IMG/VR virus record: IMGVR_UViG_3300029267_001213
Coordinates: 1 to 64,000 of that record
Source: a virus
DNA: 64,000 bases
Reading direction: 5' to 3' (one strand)
Under the pieces are notes generated by a model. It did no database searches, was not told where the DNA came from, and saw nothing but the letters and a program-made list of their open reading frames with translations. Positions 56,435-64,000 of the stretch are shown in pieces (within the stretch, counting starts at the first letter, position 1; every line of letters begins with the position of its first letter). The translations under genes were made by a program, and so were the position numbers.

Positions 56435-57764
56435 TGCTGGTGATTTCGGTTCCTGTCCGAGAAAATTTTATTACTCTCGGATATTGGGATTGAGCCTTCG
56501 TCCTGAACATCAGCCTTTATACTTGGACGAAGGTAAGTTGTGGCATGAGCTTTTGGACAGGAGTATTTACGGTGAAGTGAAAAGACTTTGTCAGGACATG
56601 CCGAAGGCTATAAGCATTCAGGATGCTGTAGATGAATGGACGAAGGAACACATCAGACAACTTGAGGAGAGACAAAAGAATCAGCAATTCGATTTCGTTT
56701 CGGATTCGGTAACTGTTGAACAGATTGAGGACAAGGCTCGCATGTGGATTGACATTGCCAATAGATACCGGGACAAATATTTGCAAAAGGACATTGAGAA
56801 TTATCAATTGCTGGGTACGGAAGTTAAATTTCGTTTTCCTTTAAGAGTACCTTGCAACAAGTGCAATGGCGAGACTCTGATGGATGGGCCTTACTGCGGT
56901 AAATGTTCCGGTACGGGTCTCGGTCGCAAGTCACCGAAGTGGGATGCAATGGGCATCATAGACCGCATTGTACGCGAGCGAAAAACGAATCGAGTTCTGG
57001 TTATCGAAAGCAAGACAACGGGGGATACTCCAGTAGGATATATGACTGGTGCATGGTCCCGGGCACAGTCCCGGCTTTACCTGTTGGGTGCGGAACACTG
57101 GTTGAAGGAGCAAGGCGTTGATTCTACAGCGGACGGCATCATATATGATGTAGTCAGAAAGAAAGTTCCTTCGGTTCCGAAGATGACTCAGTGCAGGACT
57201 TGTAAGAGTACCGGCGAGATGGATAAGCCTACGTTGGAGCGATATGCAAAGCGCATGAAGAAAAAGAATCCTGCGAAGGCGTTATTTGCGGAGGGACAAT
57301 TGCAGAGCATGGGAGAATCTGATTCAGCACCTTGTCCGGAATGCGAAGGTACTGGAGTGGGCGGTATAAGTCGTGCGGCGTGTGATACTACGGTAGATGT
57401 TTTTCGAGCTACGGTTGAAAAATATCCACATATCAAGGAAGCGGAATATCTGGAAACACTGCTTAAGCTGGAGCAGGTTGGGGATGTGCGATTTATGAAC
57501 AGAGAGGAGTTTTTTGTCGAGCGCAAAAAACAGTATGAGTGGATGCTGGATGCATATTTCAAAGCGAGAGAAATTGATACCATGCGGTACTGGTATCGAA
57601 ACGAGTCAGCTTGTGACCGGCCTTTTCCTTGTGCATTTTCAAGACTCTGCATTGATGGCGGCGAAGGTGCCATGGATTACTACTGGACACGAGACGAAAA
57701 GGAAGAGCAGGAGCGTGAAGAACAGGAACGGCAGCAAGCTGCCAATGAAGATCCATTTTTATAA
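56382..57764 (+). CDS. PD-(D/E)XK Cas4/RecB-like exonuclease with Zn-finger insertions
   Basis: SQS...CPRKFYY, GxxWH, GIIDRI, IESKT, QSRLY, C-terminal C-x5-C-x5-C. Confidence 0.82.
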   Translation: MTKRKRARQRRQYLSQSSAGDFGSCPRKFYYSRILGLSLRPEHQPLYLDEGKLWHELLDRSIYGEVKRLCQDMPKAISIQDAVDEWTKEHIRQLEERQKNQQFDFVSDSVTVEQIEDKARMWIDIANRYRDKYLQKDIENYQLLGTEVKFRFPLRVPCNKCNGETLMDGPYCGKCSGTGLGRKSPKWDAMGIIDRIVRERKTNRVLVIESKTTGDTPVGYMTGAWSRAQSRLYLLGAEHWLKEQGVDSTADGIIYDVVRKKVPSVPKMTQCRTCKSTGEMDKPTLERYAKRMKKKNPAKALFAEGQLQSMGESDSAPCPECEGTGVGGISRAACDTTVDVFRATVEKYPHIKEAEYLETLLKLEQVGDVRFMNREEFFVERKKQYEWMLDAYFKAREIDTMRYWYRNESACDRPFPCAFSRLCIDGGEGAMDYYWTRDEKEEQEREEQERQQAANEDPFL

Positions 57765-57777
57765 AGGAGGGTAACAA

Positions 57778-58587
57778 ATGGGAGTGAATGTTAATGAGCA
57801 ATGGGACATGCTAAAAGGAGGGGCTGGAGCTGTGAAGGTTACATCAGCCAAGGAGTATGCGTCACAGAACAAAGTTAAGATACTTGTTATTGGCGGGACA
57901 GGAACTGGCAAGACTTATTTGTGCGCTACAGCTGCGGAAGGAGACAAGGTGGTTATTGGTCTGGCTGAGCCACAAGGAATGACTACTATCAGAATGGCGA
58001 ATCCTGAAGCCATTGTATTTCCTATCGGATGGCGAGAGCCGGATCATGAGCTGTATGAAAAACTGGCGAACGGAGAATTAAACAGAGATGTGCTCGGAGC
58101 TTATGATCTGGATCAGTTCGCTGGTTTCGTTCAGGAGCATCATGCGGAAATTGATGCTGCGGCGCTGGATGGCATTACCGAGGCGCAGGAAGTAATACAG
58201 AATTATTTTCTGTTACTAAGCGGAAAAGGTCATGAGACTCCATCGCTGGACGAGTTTCAGAAAATCACAAAGCGAGTTCATAAATATATCAGGAAACTTC
58301 GAGATTTGCCGGTAAACTTTTTATGTACTGCCTTACAGCAGGAAGATGTTTTGTCTGACAGCAACAAGGTAATCAAGCGGATGCTGATAGGCGGTCAGCG
58401 ATTGCGTGAGCGTATTCCGCAGATGTTTACAGCGGTTGGTATGCTTGGGCGAGTTGAAGGCGAGGAAGAAAGTCAGCATGTAGCGATGTTTTCAGGTCGT
58501 AAAGATTGCCAGACGAAACCTTATGGCAAGTTGAGACTTGAACAGCCGCCGGATTTCAAAGAGTGGGTCAAGCTCATTACTGAGTAA
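57778..58587 (+). CDS. Sak4-like / AAA_24 P-loop ATPase (recombination)
   Basis: GGTGTGKT and ALDGITE; between the nuclease and SSB-like genes. Confidence 0.75.
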   Translation: MGVNVNEQWDMLKGGAGAVKVTSAKEYASQNKVKILVIGGTGTGKTYLCATAAEGDKVVIGLAEPQGMTTIRMANPEAIVFPIGWREPDHELYEKLANGELNRDVLGAYDLDQFAGFVQEHHAEIDAAALDGITEAQEVIQNYFLLLSGKGHETPSLDEFQKITKRVHKYIRKLRDLPVNFLCTALQQEDVLSDSNKVIKRMLIGGQRLRERIPQMFTAVGMLGRVEGEEESQHVAMFSGRKDCQTKPYGKLRLEQPPDFKEWVKLITE

Positions 58588-58680
58588 ACAAATTAGGACG
58601 GTGCAGAAGGCACATGTCTGTTTATGTCGTAAACTTTTTAACTAGGAATTTGATTCCTAAGAAAGGACAAGGAGGGTAAC

Positions 58681-59217
58681 ATGTCAGAGAAAGGCACATG
58701 GAAGCCGGGAGAATCATTTGATCCGACAAAAGAGTATGGCGAAGGTGGAGGAGGTATTCCCGATCCGGATAAATATTTTGCCATGGTAAGCGGTGTCGAG
58801 GTTGGAGAAAGCAGCAATCATAATCCTCAGATCGTTGTGAGTCTTCGGCTCATTCAGGGCAGTAAAACAAAGGGACAGTTCAGAGGAACGAGATTCAGAG
58901 ACTGGCTAGTGCTTACAGAAAATTCAATCTGGCGATTGGAAAATCTGTGCAAGGCTATCGGACTTACTGAAAGTTTCGATCCTACGGATGCCGAAGTTGT
59001 TAATGAGCTTTTTTATCAGAAAATTCTGTATGCCAATGTGGGCAAGGACGGTGACAAGACGAGAGTAGTTAAGCCGTTTTTCGAACAGGCCAGCAAGGAG
59101 GACCAGAAAAGGTTCAAGCAATTTGAAGTTCCTGAAGACTGGGATGATAGGTCTTTCGAGTTTCCGAGCGAAGAAGAGTCTGAAGAAAGTAGCGAAGCAG
59201 ATCCGTTTGCGAGCTAA
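58681..59217 (+). CDS. ssDNA-binding protein (DUF669-like)
   Basis: IPDPDKY, WRLENLCKAIG; acidic tail ending DPFAS. Confidence 0.7.
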   Translation: MSEKGTWKPGESFDPTKEYGEGGGGIPDPDKYFAMVSGVEVGESSNHNPQIVVSLRLIQGSKTKGQFRGTRFRDWLVLTENSIWRLENLCKAIGLTESFDPTDAEVVNELFYQKILYANVGKDGDKTRVVKPFFEQASKEDQKRFKQFEVPEDWDDRSFEFPSEEESEESSEADPFAS

Positions 59218-60095
59218 TGCTGGATCAGTTTCTCAGCGAGCCTAAAGTAGGCCAGCTGTCGGACGCTGGTTTTAGGTTGTTGTTAGCTATGCTCAATGGC
59301 AAAGTAGATGCTAAAGGGCGAGGGCGAGCACATCCTATTTATTGGCGTTCGGCAGCTTGGCCTTTCAGAGAAATTCAAATTGAAGAAGTGCAGTGTGCAT
59401 TGAAGGAGCTGGTGAGTGCAGGAGAGATTATTCCTTATCAGCGAAACAAGGAATGGTATATTGTAGTTCCAAGAGCTTTGAAGATTCAGTCAGAGACCGA
59501 GCAAAAAACGTCCACCACCCCAGCCCCACCGACAGCGGTTTTGAAAAAGGCATTGGATGGTTTTCAGCATTCGGATGCAATCATCAAGGAGCTGGTTGAT
59601 GATCAAGTATGGAGTGCGGAAAAGCGTGCAAAGCACAGGGGTCAAATAGACCGAAGAGCATATCAGCTCGGACTGGGTCTTGATTGGGAAGGGGATTCTG
59701 CAAGTTCAGATTATTATAAACGCGCACCGATGAAAGTGGTGCATCGGTTATATGCAATATGGGTGCAGGTTACAGGAAGACATCCCGGCAAGACCAAGCT
59801 TACAAAAAAAAGAGAACGTATGCTTAAAGATCGAGTGAAGGAGTATGGCCCTGAAAGAGTACTGGCAGCAATAAAAGGAGTACGACTGGATCCGTGGAAT
59901 TCAGGACAGGACCCACGGACAGGTGGAAAGAGATATGATGACTTAACATTAATATGCAGGAACGGAGAAAATATAGAAAGGTTTGCGGATTTATACGAAC
60001 AGGCACAGCGCGGTGAAATTTTACCGGATGAGATCGAAGATGATAATACGATAGCTAGAAGACTGAGAAAACGGAGACAATTAAATGGCGATTAA
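59217..60095 (+). CDS. Putative replication initiator / replisome organiser
   Basis: N-terminal wHTH-like LSDAGFRLL...D..GR; C-terminal LTKKRER...AI.G...DPW...YDDL; precedes the primase-helicase. Confidence 0.6.
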   Translation: MLDQFLSEPKVGQLSDAGFRLLLAMLNGKVDAKGRGRAHPIYWRSAAWPFREIQIEEVQCALKELVSAGEIIPYQRNKEWYIVVPRALKIQSETEQKTSTTPAPPTAVLKKALDGFQHSDAIIKELVDDQVWSAEKRAKHRGQIDRRAYQLGLGLDWEGDSASSDYYKRAPMKVVHRLYAIWVQVTGRHPGKTKLTKKRERMLKDRVKEYGPERVLAAIKGVRLDPWNSGQDPRTGGKRYDDLTLICRNGENIERFADLYEQAQRGEILPDEIEDDNTIARRLRKRRQLNGD

Positions 60096-62043
60096 GGAAG
60101 AGAGTGGCCGAGAGTATGTAGAAAGAAAAGGCTGGCATGTTGCGGGTATTGAGCGAACGTCAGCCGGTGAGCAATTGATATTAAAAATTTGCCCCTTGTG
60201 TAAGTCCGAAGCGTCGGGCCGGCACAAGGGGCTTTTTCATATAAACGCAAGCAATGGATTATGGCTTACATATTGCTGCGGACAGAGTGGTAATCTCTGG
60301 CAATTAAAAAGGGAGCTGGGCGATCTAAAAATGAGGAGCATTGAGGAAGTTACTTCATGGGGCATGAAGAAAGAAGATTCCAAGATGGCTCAAAATTTTA
60401 AGCGAGTAATTGCCAAACGTCGAGAGAAGGGGCCGTTTTCCAAAGTTGATCAAAACGAAGTAAAAAAATGGGCAAGAGACTTATTGGGAAAAAGCGATGA
60501 AGCGAAGACTGCCTTGGAATATCTGACTAAAGTAAGATGTTTAAGCAAACAAGTTATCAAAGAATCAAGACTTGGATATACAACACGGTACGCGGCGAAT
60601 GGTGAAGAAGTCGGTGTTGTATCTATTCCAATTTTTTACCGGGAAGAAATTGTAAATGTGAAATTTAGAGTTTTACCTGAAGACTTGGACAAGGCGGAGG
60701 GACAAAGATTTCTCAGGATGCCCGGATGCAGAACTGTTCTGTACGGCATAGATGATGTCAAGCCGAATACCGAGCGAATAATATTATGTGAGGCTGAGAT
60801 AGATCGGTTATCCATGCTGGATTACGGCTTTGATAAATCAAGCGTGGTTTCTCTGTCAGCTGGTGCGAGCAAGCTGGACGATGATTCATTGGAGTGGATG
60901 GTACCTTTTAATGAAATACTTATTCTTATGGACAGCGATGATCCGGGCGAAAAGGCCGCGGATATTATTGCGGACCAGCTAGGACGATACCGATGCAGGA
61001 GAGTTCGGCTTCCATTGAAAGATCCCGGAGATTGTTTAAGGGCTGGCATTAGCAGAGAGGATATTCAGCGATGCGTTGAATCGGCTGCGGAATGCTTTAC
61101 TCATAGAGTACAATCTCCGGGCGATTTGAGAGAAGAGGTTTTGAACTGGATGGATGATCCGGGTCAGGCTAAAGGTAGGACTACCGGATGGACCGAAGTG
61201 GACGACTTGATAGGCGGGGTAAGGGATGGGGATTTTGTTATTGTTACCGGCGAGACAGGCGTAGGCAAGACGACGTGGCTTACTGCATTGATGCATAATA
61301 GGTCGGTGGATAATGATTCTACATTGATAGCGTCTTTTGAAATGCGGCCAGCGAAAATACTGAGAAAGATGACCAGTATGGAAATTGGCGAGAGTCTTTT
61401 TAAGGTTACACCGGATGTGGTTGAGGATGCGCTGGACCGGATAGAAAAGCGTAAGATATATTTTCTGGATGCATACGGTCATTTTTCTGTAGCGGCATTG
61501 GAAGACGTTGTGGAGTACGGTGTCAGGAGATTCGGAGTGCAGCGTGTGGTTATAGATAACTTGCAATTCTTTTTAGACGACAGTGAGTTCGGCGGTGATG
61601 AGCGCAAGGCCGTAGACAATACTATAATGAGATGTAAGTATCTTACGGACAGATTAAATATTACGATTTATTTGGTAGTGCATCCTAAGACACAGCGAAT
61701 ATTTAGAGGTAAGGTTTTACCGCCAGAGATTCATGATTTGCGCGGAAGTGCTATGATTAAGACGGTTGCGGATTTGGTCTTGAGAGTGGGACGACCTAAT
61801 GAAAAAGACAAAAAGAAAAATAAGCCGCTGTATGAAAACAACAGAATGAGCGAGTCTTTAATAACTTCATTAAAAATCAGGGAGGATTTTGTAGGCAAAC
61901 TGGATTCATGTTTGTTGGCATTTAATTGTGATTCTTTAAGATATGGAGATTCTTCATTGTTGCCATTGTCAGAACCAGATGCAGACGAAGATTTAATAGA
62001 TAACATTCCAGCTGGATGTGAGCTGGATTTTCAAATGTTCTAA
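60085..62043 (+). CDS. Bifunctional primase-helicase (T7 gp4 / Twinkle-like)
   Basis: CPLC Zn finger, TOPRIM CEAEID and DSDDPG, Walker A GETGVGKT, SFEM, IDNL, VVHP, DLRGS. Confidence 0.92.
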   Translation: MAIKEESGREYVERKGWHVAGIERTSAGEQLILKICPLCKSEASGRHKGLFHINASNGLWLTYCCGQSGNLWQLKRELGDLKMRSIEEVTSWGMKKEDSKMAQNFKRVIAKRREKGPFSKVDQNEVKKWARDLLGKSDEAKTALEYLTKVRCLSKQVIKESRLGYTTRYAANGEEVGVVSIPIFYREEIVNVKFRVLPEDLDKAEGQRFLRMPGCRTVLYGIDDVKPNTERIILCEAEIDRLSMLDYGFDKSSVVSLSAGASKLDDDSLEWMVPFNEILILMDSDDPGEKAADIIADQLGRYRCRRVRLPLKDPGDCLRAGISREDIQRCVESAAECFTHRVQSPGDLREEVLNWMDDPGQAKGRTTGWTEVDDLIGGVRDGDFVIVTGETGVGKTTWLTALMHNRSVDNDSTLIASFEMRPAKILRKMTSMEIGESLFKVTPDVVEDALDRIEKRKIYFLDAYGHFSVAALEDVVEYGVRRFGVQRVVIDNLQFFLDDSEFGGDERKAVDNTIMRCKYLTDRLNITIYLVVHPKTQRIFRGKVLPPEIHDLRGSAMIKTVADLVLRVGRPNEKDKKKNKPLYENNRMSESLITSLKIREDFVGKLDSCLLAFNCDSLRYGDSSLLPLSEPDADEDLIDNIPAGCELDFQMF

Positions 62044-62056
62044 AAGGAGGAGAACC

Positions 62057-62659
62057 ATGCCAAAGAAAAAGATGACGAGTAAGAAAAAGACTACAAAAAA
62101 ACCAGCTACAAAAAAGCCCACGGCTCCAAAGGTGACAGCGAAGGTGACGAAAGACCCGAAAATTTCGGCGGTGATTTGTCCCAGTTGTAATGGAGTGTTG
62201 GTTCCGGAGGGACATCAGCGAAAGGCGGTGCGGTTAATCTGTTCACAGTGCGGGACGAAAGTCCCGGTCAATGCGCCCATAGTTAAGGTGGTTGTCAGCA
62301 AACAGTGTCTGGCCAAGGCCATGAAGAACCTTACACTGCCATTAGCGATAGCTCCTACCAAGGCCAGAGAAACGAAGTACGACCGGCGATTAGTTGTTAC
62401 GTGTACGAGCGAGCAGCATAATCAGTTCATGAGAGCTTTTATGGCGTGCAGACAATTAAACGACGTTAAGGACGAAGACCGTTCATGGCTTGGTCAGGTT
62501 CTGGAATTAATCTGTGCGGATTTTCTTTCTGGCGTTCCTAGTGATATATTGACCGATGTAGACAAGGTGCTGGGAGAGATGCAGAACAAGGAAGACAAGA
62601 GACAGAAAAAGATGAAGTTTGGTGAGGACAATGGTAAAGAAAAAGAAAAGCAAAAGTAA
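62057..62659 (+). CDS. Hypothetical protein with Lys-rich N-terminus and Zn ribbon
   Basis: CPSC...CSQCG; ATG 62057 after AAGGAGG. Confidence 0.65.
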   Translation: MPKKKMTSKKKTTKKPATKKPTAPKVTAKVTKDPKISAVICPSCNGVLVPEGHQRKAVRLICSQCGTKVPVNAPIVKVVVSKQCLAKAMKNLTLPLAIAPTKARETKYDRRLVVTCTSEQHNQFMRAFMACRQLNDVKDEDRSWLGQVLELICADFLSGVPSDILTDVDKVLGEMQNKEDKRQKKMKFGEDNGKEKEKQK

Positions 62660-63293
62660 ATCTACCGGACCCGGTGTGCCTGTCGAATATATCGACGGAT
62701 TGCTTAATCGGTGCAAGACATGTGCTCACAGTGCGGATGGACCGTTATGCTTTATTAAAAAAGCGTTGTTGGAATCAAAGAACAAGGATGGTGCATTGGA
62801 CTGCTGGCCTGAAGCTGTACGATTGAGCAAAGAACTTAAGCCGTATCAGTGCGGCATGTATGTTGTGGTCGATGCAAAGCCCTGTCCTAAGTGCGGACGA
62901 AGGATAGCTCAATTTTATGAGGAGGGTACACGTCCCGGTAAAATTGATGTAGTGGATGCTGATAATTGGGCATACATTCTTTATCCGGTGCCAGATGAAT
63001 ATAAGGAAGATACTGTTGAGCTGGTGGTAATGGATATAGACAACGAAAACAGAAAACTTGTTAGCGGTATTTATCTTGGCGGGTCTGTAGATCAGGGACT
63101 GGTTGATGAGGCGGGTAAGATGTTTCCGAAAACTAAGTTTAAGATTTTACTCGGCAGACAATCTCATTGGGATACATGTCCTGAATTAGAAAGGAATAAG
63201 GTCCATAAGAAAGATGACGGAGACGCCGATAGCGGTACTAGGAGTGGACCCCGACAGTCAGCACTCGGGCTGGGGACTGATCAGGCCGAATGA
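62631..63293 (+). CDS. Cys-rich hypothetical protein
   Basis: CKTC, CPKCG, SHWDTCP. Confidence 0.6.
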   Translation: MVKKKKSKSKSTGPGVPVEYIDGLLNRCKTCAHSADGPLCFIKKALLESKNKDGALDCWPEAVRLSKELKPYQCGMYVVVDAKPCPKCGRRIAQFYEEGTRPGKIDVVDADNWAYILYPVPDEYKEDTVELVVMDIDNENRKLVSGIYLGGSVDQGLVDEAGKMFPKTKFKILLGRQSHWDTCPELERNKVHKKDDGDADSGTRSGPRQSALGLGTDQAE

Positions 63294-63801
63294 AGGAATA
63301 GAATTCTGCGGTCTGGTCTGGCATGTTCTGGTTCGGAACGGCCCGGCCAAGAAATTGACTGAAGTGGTGAGCGATATAGATGGAATCATCCTTAGCTGCA
63401 TGGAGATATGCAAAACGAAAGGATGGCGACTTGTGGTGGTTTGCGAGAATCAGTTTTCGGCAAAGAACTGGAAGTCATCTTTTATGATTGTAGAGATACG
63501 CAGAACATGGGAAACACTGGCAGCGAGACACGGATTGCAAACGGACAAGATGATGCCTTTGAACTGGAGAAGTTTTGTTTTCCCCGGACAGAACAGGCGG
63601 ACTACAAAAAAGCGCATATGGAAAAGACTTGCCAAGGAGTTAGTATTAAATGAGCTTTTAGAGAACAAGAAACACATGACCAATGAAGAGAAAGAAAAAT
63701 TCGAGCGAAGCTTGTTTAGCGATACGGCTGAAGGTTGTTGCATTGGCAAGGCGTGGATGCGATATAATCGCGGTTGCAAAGTGCAGCGAAAATTATGCTA
63801 G
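63214..63801 (+). CDS. RuvC-like Holliday junction resolvase
   Basis: VLGVDPDSQHSGWGLI, VVCENQF, SDTAEGCCIG. Confidence 0.7.
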   Translation: MTETPIAVLGVDPDSQHSGWGLIRPNEGIEFCGLVWHVLVRNGPAKKLTEVVSDIDGIILSCMEICKTKGWRLVVVCENQFSAKNWKSSFMIVEIRRTWETLAARHGLQTDKMMPLNWRSFVFPGQNRRTTKKRIWKRLAKELVLNELLENKKHMTNEEKEKFERSLFSDTAEGCCIGKAWMRYNRGCKVQRKLC

Positions 63802-63809
63802 GAGGAGTC

Positions 63810-64000
63810 ATGCCAAAGATAAGACGATTGAAATATAAAAATTATGCTGGACTGCAAATTAAGGGCACGGTGCCGGTAAAAATATCACCTTATGGAATGC
63901 AGGAACATTTAGGTCGGGCAGCTTATCTGACAGAACAGGTTGAATCTAATGGCATGTATGGCTCGGTAATGAATTATGACAACACCGGCATGACTGCTGG
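63810..64000 (+). CDS. 5' part of a truncated gene, possibly lysozyme-like
   Basis: AGGAGGAG RBS; MPKIRRLKY...VESNGMYGSVMNYDNTGMTA runs off the window. Confidence 0.5.
   Translation, partial: MPKIRRLKYKNYAGLQIKGTVPVKISPYGMQEHLGRAAYLTEQVESNGMYGSVMNYDNTGMTA

Noticed and set aside
56382-57764. CRISPR-associated Cas4
   Set aside because: Sits in a nuclease - Sak4-like ATPase - SSB recombination module; no cas1/cas2 or array
545-63779. Minus-strand and nested ORFs in the track (e.g. 10763-11461, 53010-53711, 51402-51650)
   Set aside because: Shadows of well-supported + strand genes or of the non-coding hairpin; no recognisable motifs
63214-63801. TnpB/Cas12-like RuvC
   Set aside because: 195 aa, no Zn finger or REC/WED region; replication context fits a resolvase

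Overview
This 64 kb window is part of a tailed dsDNA phage genome with a contractile (myovirus-type) tail. Every credible gene is on the + strand. Order: (1) 168-6213, a 7-deazaguanine DNA-modification-type cluster (FolE, GT-B glycosyltransferase, radical SAM, TGT-like protein, QueC, PRTase, two ParB-like proteins); (2) 6234-41450, head, neck, sheath, tube, tape-measure, baseplate and fibre genes, with a -1 slippery site in the tail chaperone; (3) 41826-42959, holin and membrane genes with no adjacent endolysin; (4) 43051-51486, a block of about 22 small, probably early genes behind a sigma70-like promoter; (5) 51487-52198, a 712 bp non-coding region; (6) 52199-64000, MoxR/RavA AAA+, VWA protein, HTH, Cas4-like nuclease, Sak4-like ATPase, SSB-like protein, replication initiator, primase-helicase and RuvC-like resolvase. 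I saw no terminase, portal, integrase, DNA polymerase, tRNA or CRISPR array. Two things stand out. First, the small-gene block carries a dense RNA-level layer: three T7 R1.1-like RNase III hairpins, a pseudoknotted boxA-containing segment between two of them, a complete type II hammerhead ribozyme, and a 31-bp G-U-rich hairpin whose loop is complementary to the extended Shine-Dalgarno shared by those genes. Second, the deazaguanine cluster adds a QTMAN/GTDC1-like glycosyltransferase and a class-B-like radical SAM enzyme, hinting at an undescribed hypermodified base. All family assignments come from motif recognition by eye; no database searches were run.
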